Assembly: GCA_028826165.1 (NCBI GenBank) | Contig: JAPDFW010000067.1 | Coordinates: 372,001-436,000, forward strand | Direction: 5' to 3' | From: Anaeramoeba ignava BMAN | Taxonomy: Eukaryota > Protista > Anaeramoebae | Length of the DNA: 64,000 nt | Part shown: in pieces, positions 38,701 to 52,599 of the stretch | Layout: every line of letters begins with the position of its first letter | Position numbering within the stretch: position 1 is the first letter of the stretch | Translations under genes and position numbers: made by a program | Notes under the pieces: generated by a model | The model's input: the letters and a program-made list of their open reading frames with translations, nothing else | What the model was told of the DNA's origin: nothing | The model's database searches: none

Positions 38701-40723
38701 AATTCTTCAATTCCAAAATCTTTGAGTAAATTTAAAAGGAAATTCATGCTAGTATTAAATAATTGGAATTCCAAGTGATTTAAAGTAAATTTTTCTATAA
38801 GATGATTTTCTTGAATGGTTAAATTAGAATAAGATGATTCTAATTTAATTGTTTTTCTAGAAGCAATTTCGAAATGGAAAAATTTTGTTTTGTAATAATC
38901 CGAAAGTGAATTTTCATAAACAGAAAATGATTCCAATTCATTTTGTTTTAAATTTAAATTTAAATTTTGATTTTGATTTTGATTTCGAGTTATCCCAAGA
39001 TTTGGAAGAGATGAATTTGGTTGTTTGAAAAAATTAAATAATAGTTTCACAATATTTGCTTCATCTTCTTCAGAATAAATCTCTAAATTTGTTAATTTCT
39101 CCAAAATATCCAAATGAGTTAATAACAGATCATATTGTTTTCTTGTGAAAAGAAATGATTCTCTGAGTTTTAGCATTTCTTCAAAACACTCTAAATAGAG
39201 AAAAGGTAATTCCATGTAAATTTGTTTTATAAAAAAGCAAAATGAATATTACCTAATAATGATGATACTAATTTTTGATTTTTTGCTTCAGTTAACATCT
39301 CTCTTGGAGGAAGAACTTCATGAATTTTAAAAAATTTAGAAATTATATCCAAAACTTGTGTGTGAATAAATTGAACCATAAAAAGGTTATTAACTGCAAT
39401 TTCTGGTTTTGTTTTCTTTAAGAAAAATTGAATAGAATAAAATTATATTATTATATATTTTCTTTTCTTTTTCCAAGAAAATAAATGATACTCTTTGAAT
39501 TTGGATAATATTGATGATTTGAGTTATTAATTTAATATAAGAAATCAATATTTCTAAAACATTAAAACAACGAAGAATAGTTCTATTGTATTTTGATCTT
39601 GATAAAATTGAGATCATTTGAAGAGAGCGAAGTGAATTGAAATCGATTTCTTTTGAAATTTTAAATGATTTTCTAATTTCAAGGTGATCAAATTGTGAAT
39701 ATTTTTGTACATTATTATTTAATTCTTCTTTTTCCATTTCTGTTTCTCCAAATTCATTTGATTCTTGAGATAAATCTGAAGTTGTTTCTAGATTTTCTTC
39801 AAAGTCTAATAGATTTATATTTTGATTTATATTTATATTTTGATTTTGATTTTGATTTTGATTTTGATTTTGATTTTGATTTTGATTTTGATTTTCATTT
39901 TGATTTTCATTTTGATTTTGATTTTGATTTTCATTTTCATTTTGATTTTCATTTTGTTTTTGATTTTCATTTTGTTTTTGATTTTCATTTTGATTTTCAT
40001 TTAAATTTTGATTTTGATTTTCATTTTGATTTTCATTTAAATTTTGATTTTCATTTAAATTTTGATTTTGATTTTGATTTTGATTTTGATTTTGATTTTG
40101 ATTTTGATTTTGATTTTGATTTTGATTTTGATTTTGATTTTGATTTTGATTTTGATTTTGATTTTGATTTTGATTTAGATTTTGATTTTGATTTATAAAA
40201 TCTATTTTAAAAATTAAAGATAAATTATTTTAATTTTTAAATTTAATTTCCTAAATAAAAAAAAACACAGAAAATATTAAATTACTCGAAATTGAAGAAA
40301 ATGAAAAGCAATCATATGTAATAATAGAATTTATTAATTGTAAAGGATGAGCTGAATGATTTTCAATAGCAGAAATAATTTCTTCAGAAATTAATTCACG
40401 TTGATATTTTAAATCATCAGGTAATAATTCAAAATCAAAAATATCAGTTTTTTCTTGAGGAGGATACCAATTAAAATAATTTTCAATAAATAAAGGAACA
40501 AATTGCTTCATTTTCTCAACAATTTCAAACTATTTTTATTAATTTTAATTTTATAAATTAATTTTTATTTTAATTTTTATATTAATTTAAAACAAACTCC
40601 AGTATTTTTTGGATTAAATTCTTTCCAAATTTGATGAAGAGTTTCATTTTTTTCAAAATAATTTGTTTCTAAATCATTTCTTTTTTCAAGATTTTTTGAT
40701 ACTTCTAAAAAAAGTTGTAACAT
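29717..40723 (-). CDS. Large BEACH-domain protein (ConA-like, PH-BEACH, WD40), neurobeachin/Lvs class; several 5' introns
   Basis: [76 protein letters not shown] and terminal WD40s. Upstream ORFs are colinear; ATG 40723 is inferred. Confidence 0.88.
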
Positions 40724-41105
40724 TTTGAAAGAAAGAAAAAGTTAAAAAAAAATAAAAAATGAAAAAAAAAATAAAAAATGAAAAAAAAGGAAAATAGCAA
40801 AAAAAAAAAAAAATTTTTTAAAATAAAAAAAAAGAGGAATTTGTTTTGTTTTGTTTTTTTATTTGAAAGAAAGAAAGAAAAAAAGAAAGAAAGAAAGAGA
40901 ATTAAATTTGATTTTAGTTTTTGAATTTGATTTTAAATTTTGATTTTTGAATTTAATTTTGAATTTAATTTTAATTTTAAATTTAATTTTGAATTTAATT
41001 TTAAATTTTGATCTTAATTTAAATTTTGAATTTAAATTTTGTTTTTGTTTTTGTTTTTGTTTTAATTTTAATTTTGATTTAATTTTGATTTAATTTTAAT
41101 TTGAA

Positions 41106-44100
41106 TTATTTGCATTTCTCAAGGAAGATATTCCTAAATAACATATAGAAAAAGATAATAAGAGCATAAAAAGAAGAAAGAGCTCCAAGTGCATAAACAA
41201 AATAGGTAAGACCGTTATTAACGTCTTTCGTTGGTTGCTTAAGAAGAGACACACCTCCATAAGACCAACCAGCTTGTATAACTGTCAAAGAGGAGAAAAA
41301 AGTGAGCGCCATTAAAGAAACAGTTTGCAGAAAATTGTGGAAATTGGAAACGAAAGGTTTAGTTTGAAAATGGATCAACGCAATCAACAGACAAAAAGTG
41401 GAAACGATATATGCTTTCAAAACAGGCTCGTTGATCAAAATGAAGACGACAATCAAAGCAATTCGCCACCCAATCATAAGAGCACTATACCAATAGTATT
41501 TGTCCTTAAAAGGGAAATAAAGTGGGGATAAAATGGTGAAAACTCTACGAGATTTTTTGAATTTTTTCAAGATGAAGAAGAGAACCAACGGGAATGCGCA
41601 TACAATAATGGTGAATATGATTGCAATGATTTGACCTGTGGTATAGCATTTGATTTCTCCGTCACGGAACATGCGCAACTCCTCACCAGAAGCAAATTTG
41701 ATTTTAATGCAATAAGTCAATTCAAGAAGAGTTTTAAGGATAATAAAATGGCTCATGATTCCGAGCGTTAGAAGACCCACAAGTAGACGCTTGCCTAGTG
41801 AATATGATGGATATGGTGGCCCTTTCATGTCTCGTTGTTCTTTGAGTCTTTCAATGAGTTCTCCAAAACCACCTTCGTCTTCTGAAGAAAGATTCAATTT
41901 CTGCAATTCCGGATAAATTTTCATCAATTTATCAATATTGATATCCTTAATATCAACATCAGCCAAGTCGGAGAGATCCTCGTCATTAGCGAGAGTTGGA
42001 AGCGAGGATGTGTCGCTATCAGGGTTGTTGTCTATGTTTTTATTTTGTGAATCTGGAGGGATCACATTCTCAGAAATTTGTTGTTCTGCGCGTTGCCATT
42101 TCGCAATTTCTGAGTCTGAGATGAGCTTTTGATCAGGAATTGTATTGTTATCCTTATCCTTCTCTTGATCCTCAATAAGTTTATCTTTGTCACCAAAATC
42201 AAGCTGTTTATTTTCATTCTCATTTTCATTTTCATTCTCATTTTCATTTTCCAAATTTTTTGAGTTTTTTCCACGAAGTAATTGAATGAGTTTTATGAGT
42301 AAAAAAACAAAAATGATAGCAAGAATAAACACGATCGGCCCGATAAGTTGCATGAGTATTTTCTGGACTGCATTGAGAGATTTGGCGGGACATGCACCTG
42401 CATCTCCGAAGATTGCGAGGTTTGTTTGGAGATTAAAAAGTGCCGAGAAGGAATCCAAAATTTCACCGAGAGCCACAAAGGGATTTTCGACGATGGAGGG
42501 GAGAACGATCATCAAGACCTGGAAGAAATGCATGAAGATGTGGAAATGGGCGGTTTTCATCTGGGGAATATAGAGGAGGATAATAGCATAAAACAAGGCT
42601 TTTGGGAGAGCCAATGCAATATAAACACCTGAATCCGAACTACATTTTGTTTTCTCAACACATTCTCCACTTGGGTTAAGGGTTTCTGTATATCCGTCCT
42701 TGCATTTTCCACAAAGAATACCCTCACGGTTATTTCCACATTCGTTGTAAAGATGAAGATCCTCTTCCTTTTTCACTGTGCAATATCCGAACGGACAAAA
42801 ATAAAATTTTAATGATCCTTGATAATCAGTTTGAACTCCCCAATAGTCACTGTTAGCTCTTACATCAGAACCCCCAAGACAAATCCCTCCAAGTGGACAA
42901 TCGAAGCACGGCTCAGTCTCCAAAGATTCTAACCCCGTTGCGAAGTTGTATGTATCTATTGGGCATCTTTTGCATTCGAAAACAAGTTGCTTTTCAAATT
43001 GGAAATGTGTTTCCTCTTTGGCTTCCCAATTGTTTTCAATGGGACATTGCAGAAGTTTTAATGAAGTTGAAATCAAGGAAGAATCATCTGTTAGAATTTC
43101 CATGAAAATGGTATCATTTTGGTCTGTTTTAATGACAATATTGTTCATCTGGAAAATTTTTGTAATTCTGGAAAAAATAGTGGAAACAATTTCGCCCGAA
43201 TTTCCATCATAAACAGAACCATCATCGAAGAAGTTGCCATCACCAGTAAGGAAGATTGCACCGCCTTGGATCGCAGTATTGTTGCTAAATTGGTTTTTGC
43301 TAAATGTGATATTGCAATTTCTAATGTCGAAATAGAGAGAACCTCCAAGTTTCCCATTGTTATTCTCAAACACATTCTGTTGGAATACAAGAACATCCTC
43401 GTTGACTGAGGTAGAGTAACTCTGTTCAATAGTAGATATCATTTGGAATGATGCTGCTCCATAGAAACCTTCATTATAGGTGAAGTTATTGCTGTCAAAT
43501 TGATAAGTCACTTTTTGGAGTTTATTGAAAACAATCGACAATGCTGCTGTTCTTGTTGATCCTTTGTTCATGAAAAAAGTGTTATTTGTGAAGCTTGTCG
43601 AAAATATGGTACTTTGTGAGTGGCGGATACCCATTGCGCCATTGAATTCCGCTGAATTTTTGGAGAAATAATTGTCCACAAATTCAGTATTTAATTGCTT
43701 GTTTTTTAAATTATCTTCAATATAAAATGCTCCATAAGTTTTTCCGTTATTATTAATAAAGCTTGTGTTTTCGAGATATAAGCTCACTGCTGTTTGAACT
43801 TGATTGATTTGCAGATAAATTGCACCAATGTCTCCAATGTTAGAAATAAATTGGTTCCCATTTATTCTCATTTCTGAATTGCTTGTTGTGGTATCCTCCA
43901 CAATATAAACACTTCCTGCTCCATTAAAGCTATTATTATTGCTTTGAAACAAACTTGATATAATTTCAATTTCTTGTGCATTTTCTATATAAATTGCTCC
44001 TGAATATGTTGCACTTGAATTCTCATTTGTAATTTCAATTGAATTTCCATAAATTTCGCATGAATCAATGGTTATGTTTGTGTTTGTAGCATGGATAACT

Positions 44101-47100
44101 GGTGCTAATATTGTCGATATTGATGTGTTTGCTTTGCAATTTCTCAAAATAGTATTCTGGATCGTTAGTGATCCTGAAGATCCTGGAAATTCTGTTTTCA
44201 TCCACCAATTGTGATTACAATCAATTATAGGTTTAAATGCTGGATTTTTTGCTGTGAAAATTAATGATTTTGTTAATGTGAGTTGATTATCATTTGGTGA
44301 CGAATATGTCCCGTTATTTATCAAAATTGTGAAACCTTCTGATGCTTTTGTTATTCCTTCTTTTAGTGTTTTGCATGGAAAATCTATGCTCAGACAATCA
44401 TTTTGGTCATTCCCATTAGTGGAAACATATATTTGTGCTTTTGTTTCATATGTTAGTAGAAATAGGATTATCAAAATTTTGAAGAACCAACTAATTAAAA
44501 CAAATTTTATTATTTATAATTTAATTTATAATTTAATTTATAATTTTATTTATATTTTTATTTATAATTTTATTTATAATTTTATTTATAATTTAATTTA
44601 TAATTTTAATTTATAATTTAATTTATAATTTTATTTATAATTTAATTTATAATTTTATTTATATTTTTATTTATAATTTAATTTATAATTTTTATTTATA
44701 ATTTTATTTATAATTTTATTTATAATTTAATTTATAATTTTAATTTATAATTTTATTTATTTTATTTATAATTTTAATTTATAATTTTATTTATATTTTA
44801 ATTTATAATTTAATTTATAATTTTATTTATAATTTAATTTATAATTTTATAATTTAATTTATAATTTTATTTATAATTTTATTTATTTAATTTATAATTT
44901 TATTTATAATTTTATTAATATTTTTATTTATATAATTTTATTTATATTTTTATTTTATAATTTAATTTTTATTTTTAATTTAATTTATAATTTTTATTTT
45001 ATAATTTTTATTTATATTTTATTTTATAATTTTTATTTATAATTTATATTTTATAATTTTATTTATAATTTTATTTATAATTTTTATTTATAATTTTATT
45101 TATAATTTTATTTATAATTTTATTTATAATTTTATTTATAATTTTATTTATAATTTTATTTATAATTTTATTTATATTTTTATTTATAATTTTAATTTAT
45201 AATTTTATTTATAATTTTAATTTATATTTTAATTTATAATTTTAATTTATAATTTTATTTATAATTTAATTTATAATTTAATTTATAATTTTAATTTATA
45301 ATTCAATTTATAATTTTTTTATATTTTTATTTTTATTTATAATTTTAATTTATAATTTTATTTATAATTTAATTTATAATTTTTATTTATAATTTTATTT
45401 ATAATTTTATTTATAATTTTATTTATAATTTTATTTATAATTTTTATTTATAATTTTATTTATAATTTTATTTTATAATTTTATTTATAATTTTATTTAT
45501 AATTTTATTTATAATTTTATTTATAATTTTATTTTTATAATTTTATTTATAATTTTATTTTATTTTATTTATAATTTTAATTTATAATTTTTATTTATAA
45601 TTTTATTTTATAATTTAATTTTATTTTTATTTATAATTTTATTTATAATTTTAATTTATAATTTTATTTATAATTTTATTTATAATTTTTATTTATAATT
45701 TTAATTTATAATTTTATTTATATTTTAATTTATAATTTTATTTTATAATTTAATTTTATTTTAATTTATAATTTTAATTTATAATTTTATTTATAATTTT
45801 AATTTTTATAATTTTATTTATAATTTTAATTTATAATTTTTATTTATAATTTTATTTTATAATTTTATTTATAATTTTATTTATAATTTTATTTATAATT
45901 TAATTTTATTTTTATTTATAATTTTATTTATAATTTTATTTATAATTTTATTTATAATTTTAATTTATAATTTTATTTTAATTTTATTATAATTTAATTT
46001 ATAATTTAATTTATAAATTTATAATTTTATTTATAATTTTAATTTATAATTTTATTTATAATTTTATTTATAATTTTATTTATAATTTTATTTATAATTT
46101 TAATTTATAATTTTATTTATAATTTTATTTATAATTTTTATTTATAATTTTATTTTATAATTTTATTTTTAATTTTTATTTTATATTTTTTATTTATAAT
46201 TTAATTTTTTTATTTAATTTATAATTTAATTTATAATTTTATTTATAATTTTATTTATAATTTAATTTATAATTTTATTTATAATTTAATTTATATTTTT
46301 ATTTATATTTTTATTTTAATTTTATTTTTATATTTTATTTTAATTTTATTTTATAATTTTAATTTATAATTTTATTTATAATTTAATTTATAATTTTTTT
46401 TTTTTATTTTTATTTATAATTTTATTTATAATTTTAATTTATATTTTTTATTTATAATTTTATTTATAATTTTATTTTATAATTTTATTTTGTAATTTTA
46501 TTTATAATTTTTATTTATAATTTAATTTATAATTTAATTTATAATTTTATTTATAATTTTATTTTATATTTTATTTTATTATTTTATTTATAATTTTATT
46601 TATAATTTTATTTATAATTTTATTTATAATTTAATTTATAATTTTATTTATAATTTAATTTATAATTTTATTTATAATTTAATTTATAATTTTTTATATT
46701 TTTATTTATAATTTAATTTATAATTTTATTTATATTTTAATTTATAATTTTATTTATATTTTTATTTATAATTTAATTTATATTTTTATTTTATAATTTT
46801 TTATTTATAATTTATAATTTTATTTATAATTTTATTTATATTTTAATTTATAATTTTATTTATATTTAATTTTAATTTATATTTTTATTTATAATTTTAA
46901 TTTTATTTATATTTTAATTTATAATTTTATTTATAATTTTAATTTATATTTTAATTTATATTTTTAATTTATAATTTTATTTATAATTTTTATTTATAAT
47001 TTTATTTTATATTTTAATTTATATTTTAATTTATAATTTTATTTATAATTTTATTTATAATTTTATTTATAATTTTAATTTATAATTTTATTTATAATTT

Positions 47101-49452
47101 TATTTATAATTTAATTTATAATTTTAATTTATAATTTTATTTATAATTTTAATTTATAATTTTATTTTAATTTTTTTTATTTATATTTTAATTTATAATT
47201 TTATTTATAATTTTATTTTATAATTTTAATTTATATTTTAATTTATAATTTTATTTATAATTTTATTTATAATTTTAATTTATAATTTTTATTTATAATT
47301 TTTATTTATAATTTTTATTTATAATTTAATTTATAATTTTAATTTATAATTTTATTTATAATTTTATTTTATGAATTTATTTTTATTTTTTATTTTTAAT
47401 TTTATAATTTTATTTATAATTTAATTTATAATTTTAATTTATATTTTTTTTTTTTAATTTATATTTATATTTATAATTTATATTTATAATTTAATTTATA
47501 ATTTTAATTTATAATTTTAATTTATAATTTTATTTATAATTTTTATTTATAATTTAATTTATAATTTTATTTATAATTTTATTTATATTTTTATTTATAA
47601 TTTTATTTATAATTTTATTTATAATTTAATTTATAATTTTATTTATAATTTAATTTATAATTTTTATTTTATAATTTAATTTATAATTTTATTTTTATTT
47701 TTATTTTTTTTATTTATAATTTTTATTTATAATTTTAATTTATAATTTTATTTATAATTTTAATTTATAATTTTTAATTTATAATTTTATTTATAATTTT
47801 ATTTATAATTTTAATTTATAATTTTATTTATAATTTTATTTTAATTTTTAATTTATAATTTTATTTATAATTTTTATTTATAATTTTATTTATAAATTTA
47901 ATTTATAATTTAATTTATAATTTAATTTATAATTTTATTTATAATTTAATTTATAATTTAATTTATAATTTAATTTATATTTAATTTATAATTTTATTTA
48001 TAATTTAATTTATAATTTTAATTTATAATTTTTATTTATAATTTTTATTTATATATTTTATTTATAATTTTTTTATTTATAATTTTTTTTTATAATTTAA
48101 TTTATTATTTTAATTTATAATTTTAATTTATATTTTTATTTTATAATTTTATTTATAATTTTATTTATAATTTTTATTTATAATTTTAATTTATAATTTT
48201 ATTTATAATTTTAATTTATAATTTAATTTATAATTTTATTTATAATTTAATTTATAATTTAATTTATAATTTTTATTTATAATTTTATTTATAATTTTAT
48301 TTATAATTTTATTTATAATTTTATTTATAATTTAATTTATTTTTATTTTAATTTTTATTTATAATTTTTATTTTTATAATTTAATTTATAATTTTATTTA
48401 TAATTTTAATTTATAATTTTATTTATAATTTTTATTTTTATAATTTTATTTATATTTTTATTTATAATTTTAATTTATAATTTTATTTTATAATTTTATT
48501 TATAATTTTATTTTATAATTTTATTTATAATTTATTTTTTTTAATTTTATAATTTTATTTATAATTTTATTTATAATTTTATTTATAATTTTTATTTATA
48601 ATTTAATTTTATAATTTTATTTATAATTTTATTTATAATTTTATTTATAATTTTATTTATAATTTTTATTTATAATTTAATTTATAATTTTATTTATATA
48701 TTTTTTATTTATAATTTTATTTATAATTTTATTTATAATTTTATTTATAATTTTATTTATAATTTTTAATTTATAATTTTAATTTATAATTTATTTTTAT
48801 TTATTTATAATTTTATTTATATTTTTATTTATAATTTTATTTATAATTTTATTTATAATTTTATTTATAATTTTTATTTATAATTTAATTTATAATTTTA
48901 TTTATATTTAATTTATAATTTAATTTATATTTAATTTATAATTTTATTTATAATTTAATTTTATTTTTATTTTATAATTTTTAATTTATATTTTAATTTA
49001 TATTTTTATTTATAATTTAATTTATAATTTAATTTATAATTTTATTTATAATTTAATTTTTATATTTTTAATTTATATTTTTATTTATAATTTTATTTAT
49101 AATTTTATTTATAATTTTTATTTATAATTTTTATTTATAATTTAATTTATAATTTTATTTATAATTTTATTTATAATTTTATTTATAATTTTATTTATAA
49201 TTTTATTTATAATTTTATTTATAATTTAATTTATAATTTTATTTATAATTTTATTTATAATTTAATTTATAATTTAATTTATAATTTAATTTATAATTTT
49301 ATTTATAATTTTATATATAATTTATTTATAATTTAATTTATAATTTTATTTATTATTTGGATTAAGAACATTCTTTTCATCTATTTGTAATTTTTTTTTA
49401 TTAGAAAATAAATTTAAATTTTTTTTTACTTTTGATTCTTAAAGAATTGCAT
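41106..49452 (-). CDS. Beta-helix (polymorphic membrane protein-like) + Cys-rich + ~7-TM membrane protein; predicted 23-nt first exon 49452-49430
   Basis: IYVSTNGND..PCKTL start, FxxN/GGAI repeats, CGNNREGILCGKCKDGY and multiple TMs. Splicing 49429-44491 gives the in-frame signal MQFFKNQNWFFKILIILFLLTYETKA. Confidence 0.78.
44491..49429 (-). repeat. About 4.9-kb predicted intron made of a degenerate 11-13-bp A/T repeat (ataaaattataa)n
   Basis: Only a handful of G/C bases between about 44515 and 49350; GT and AG ends restore frame. Confidence 0.8.
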
Positions 49453-49628
49453 TATTAATTAATTAATTAATTGACTAATGAAACTATGAGAAATTAGAAA
49501 AAAAAAAGAAAAGAGAAATTAGAAAAAAATGAAAAAGAAAAAAATGAATAAAAAATTAAAAAAGGAGAAAATATTTTTTTTTTCATTTTTTCTCTTTTTT
49601 TTTCTTTCATTTTCTTTATAAAAATAAA

Positions 49629-52524
49629 ATGGGAAACACAAAAACCAAAATAGAAACTCATATTAATAAAATTTCTAATATTCATATTTGGAATCAAATA
49701 TCAAAACAACCAGAATCTTCTTTTTATTCACAAACACAAGTTGTTAAACTTATTATTGATTTAAAAGACAATGATTCAATTTATTTTCTTCAAACAAACA
49801 AATATTTTTATCATTTCTTTTTTTGTCAAGACTTTCTTTCTTTTCCAAAGAGGAATTTGGTTGTTCCTGATAATAGAATTTTTAATAGAAATAATTATAA
49901 TAACGGACCAGAAAGAAGATTTATTTTAGGAACTTTATGTTATTATTTAGATAAAAAACTATGGGTTTTTGAATTAATGGCTGGTAAAATAAATATTAAA
50001 ATTAAATATTAAATTAAATATTAAATTAAAATATTAAATTAAAATATTAAATTAAAATATTAAATTAAATATTAAATTAAATATTAAATTAAATATTAAA
50101 ATAAATAGTAAATTAAATATTAAATTAAATATTAAATTAAATATTAAATTAAATATTAAAATAAATATTAAATTAAATATTAAATTAAATATTAAATTAA
50201 ATATTAAAATAAATATTAAAATAAATATTAAAATAAATATTAAATTAAATATTAAAATAAATATTAAAATAAATATTAAAAATAAATATTAAATTAAATA
50301 TTAAAAATAAATATTAAAATAAATATTAAATTAAATATTAAAATTAAATATTAAATTAAATATTAAATTAAATTATTAAAAATAAATATTAAAAATAAAT
50401 ATTAAAAATAAATATTAAAATAAATATTAAAATAAATATTAAAATTAAATATTAAATTAAATATTAAAAATAAATATTAAAAATAAATATTTAAAATAAA
50501 TATTAAATTAAATATTAAAATAAATATTAAATTAAATATTAAAATAAATATTAAAATTAAATATTAAATTAAATATTAAATTAAATATTAAATTAAATAT
50601 TAAATTAAATATTAAATTAAATATTAAATTAAATATTAAAATAAATATTAAATAAATATTAAATTAAATATTAAAATAAATATTAAATTAAATATTAAAA
50701 TAAATATTAAATTAAATATTAAAATAAATATTAAATTAAATATTAAAATAAATATTAAATTAAATATTAAAATAAATATTAAAATAATAAAATAATAAAA
50801 TAAATATTTAAATAAATATTAAAATAAATATTAAAATAAATATTAAAATAAATATTAAAATAAATATTAAAATAAATATTAAAATAAATATTAAATTAAA
50901 ATTAGGTGATCCATTGGAAGGAGAATTATTCGTCAAATCCTTTAACATAATCAAAAAAAACGTATTTTTTGGATCTGAATTAAAATATCATCCAAAATCA
51001 TTTCTTCACCAAAATATCATAAAAACAGACGAAATAATCCAAAAATCAGATATCAAAATAATCACAAGCAATGAAATATACGGATCAATGGAATATCAAT
51101 CACTAACATTAGGAACAACATATGGAATATTAAAAATACTAGAAAAAGTAGAACAAAATGAAGAAATAGAACAATCAATCACACCAGAACACATTTTGGT
51201 CACAGGAGAAATACCAGTAGATATTCCTCCTGTTGCTGGTTTAATCACTTCAACTTTTCAAGCACCTTTATCTCATGTAGCTTTGTTGTCTGCAAATAGA
51301 AATACACCAAATATGGCACTTAAAAATGCGATTGATAAAGATTTTATCCAATCACTCAATGGAAAATTTGTTAAGTTAGTAGTTACAAGACAAGAATTCC
51401 AAGTTATTGAGTTTCCTGATGGGAAACAAAGCAAGGAATATTTGGATTGGGAACAAAAAATGGAGCGTAAAAAATCACGTATTCCCAAAATTGAAGTTCT
51501 TTTTTCAGATGAAAATATTGGATTGATTCAATTGCAAAATCTTCAAGAAATTCATCTTGCAATGGTTGGTCATAAAGCTTATACTTTGAATGGCTTAAAA
51601 GCTATAAATTTACCCAAAAAAATTGATGTTCCTGGATTTGTCATCCCATTTTATTTCTATCTCCAATTTTCTCAACAATTCGATATTGAAAATTCCATTT
51701 TAAAATCACAAGAATTTGAGCAATCTCCAGAAAATAGAAGGAAAATGCTTAAGGAATTACAGGAAAAAATCAAGAAATCGCATATTGATTCGCAACTCAT
51801 TGAATCAATAAAAGAAAAAATATCCGAAATTGAAAAGGAATTTGAGGAAACAATTAAAAATCATTTTGACGGATTTATATTTCGATCATCAACAAATGTG
51901 GAAGATTTACCCGGTTTTACAGGAAATGGATTGTTTGAATCACTTCCAATTAAATCGATTAGTGATGAGGAAATTGAAAAAACAATGTTGGAAATTTATT
52001 CAAGTCTTTGGTCTTTTAAAACAATTGAGGAATTAAAATTATTCCAAATCGATCTTTCCAAAATTTCAATGGCAATTATTGTTCAGCCTTTTTTAAGCAA
52101 AAATATGAAGGCAAATGGAGTTGCTTTAACAGGAAATCCATATAAACCAGCTTATCCAAGTTTTTTTGTCAATATTCAATCTTCAAAAGGAAGTGTGACT
52201 GATTCAAAATCAAATGTGAATCCTGAACAAATTTTTATTTTTGAGAATTCAAGAAAAAATGAAACTGAAAATAAGGATGAAAAAGTGATTTGCCAAGAAG
52301 TTGTTTCAACAAGTTCTCTTGTTGATTCTCCTATTCTTAACTCGAATGATATTTCAAATTTAAATTCTCTTTTGAAGGCAATTAATTGGAAATTTGGTGG
52401 TCTTTATTATAAACATGGTTGTAATTCTGCTGAAGTTGAATTTCTTGTTCCAAATGATGAAGATTTTATTTTTGTTGTTCAATCTCGACCTTTTCAAATT
52501 GAAATGAATGAAAATTTAAATTAA
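49629..52524 (+). CDS. PEP/pyruvate-binding (PPDK_N ATP-grasp) domain protein, bacterial type; intron 49984-50905
   Basis: QAPLSHVALLSANRNTPN, VGHKA, PGFVIPF, FRSSTNVEDLPGFTGNGLFES, MAIIVQP, EVEF, VVQSRP. Exon 1 joins in frame (ELMAG|DPL). Confidence 0.82.
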
Positions 52525-52599
52525 ATTTAAATCATTTTTTATTTTTTCATTTTTATTATTTTTTTTTTTCAAATAAAATATTTGATTTGATTTGATTTG

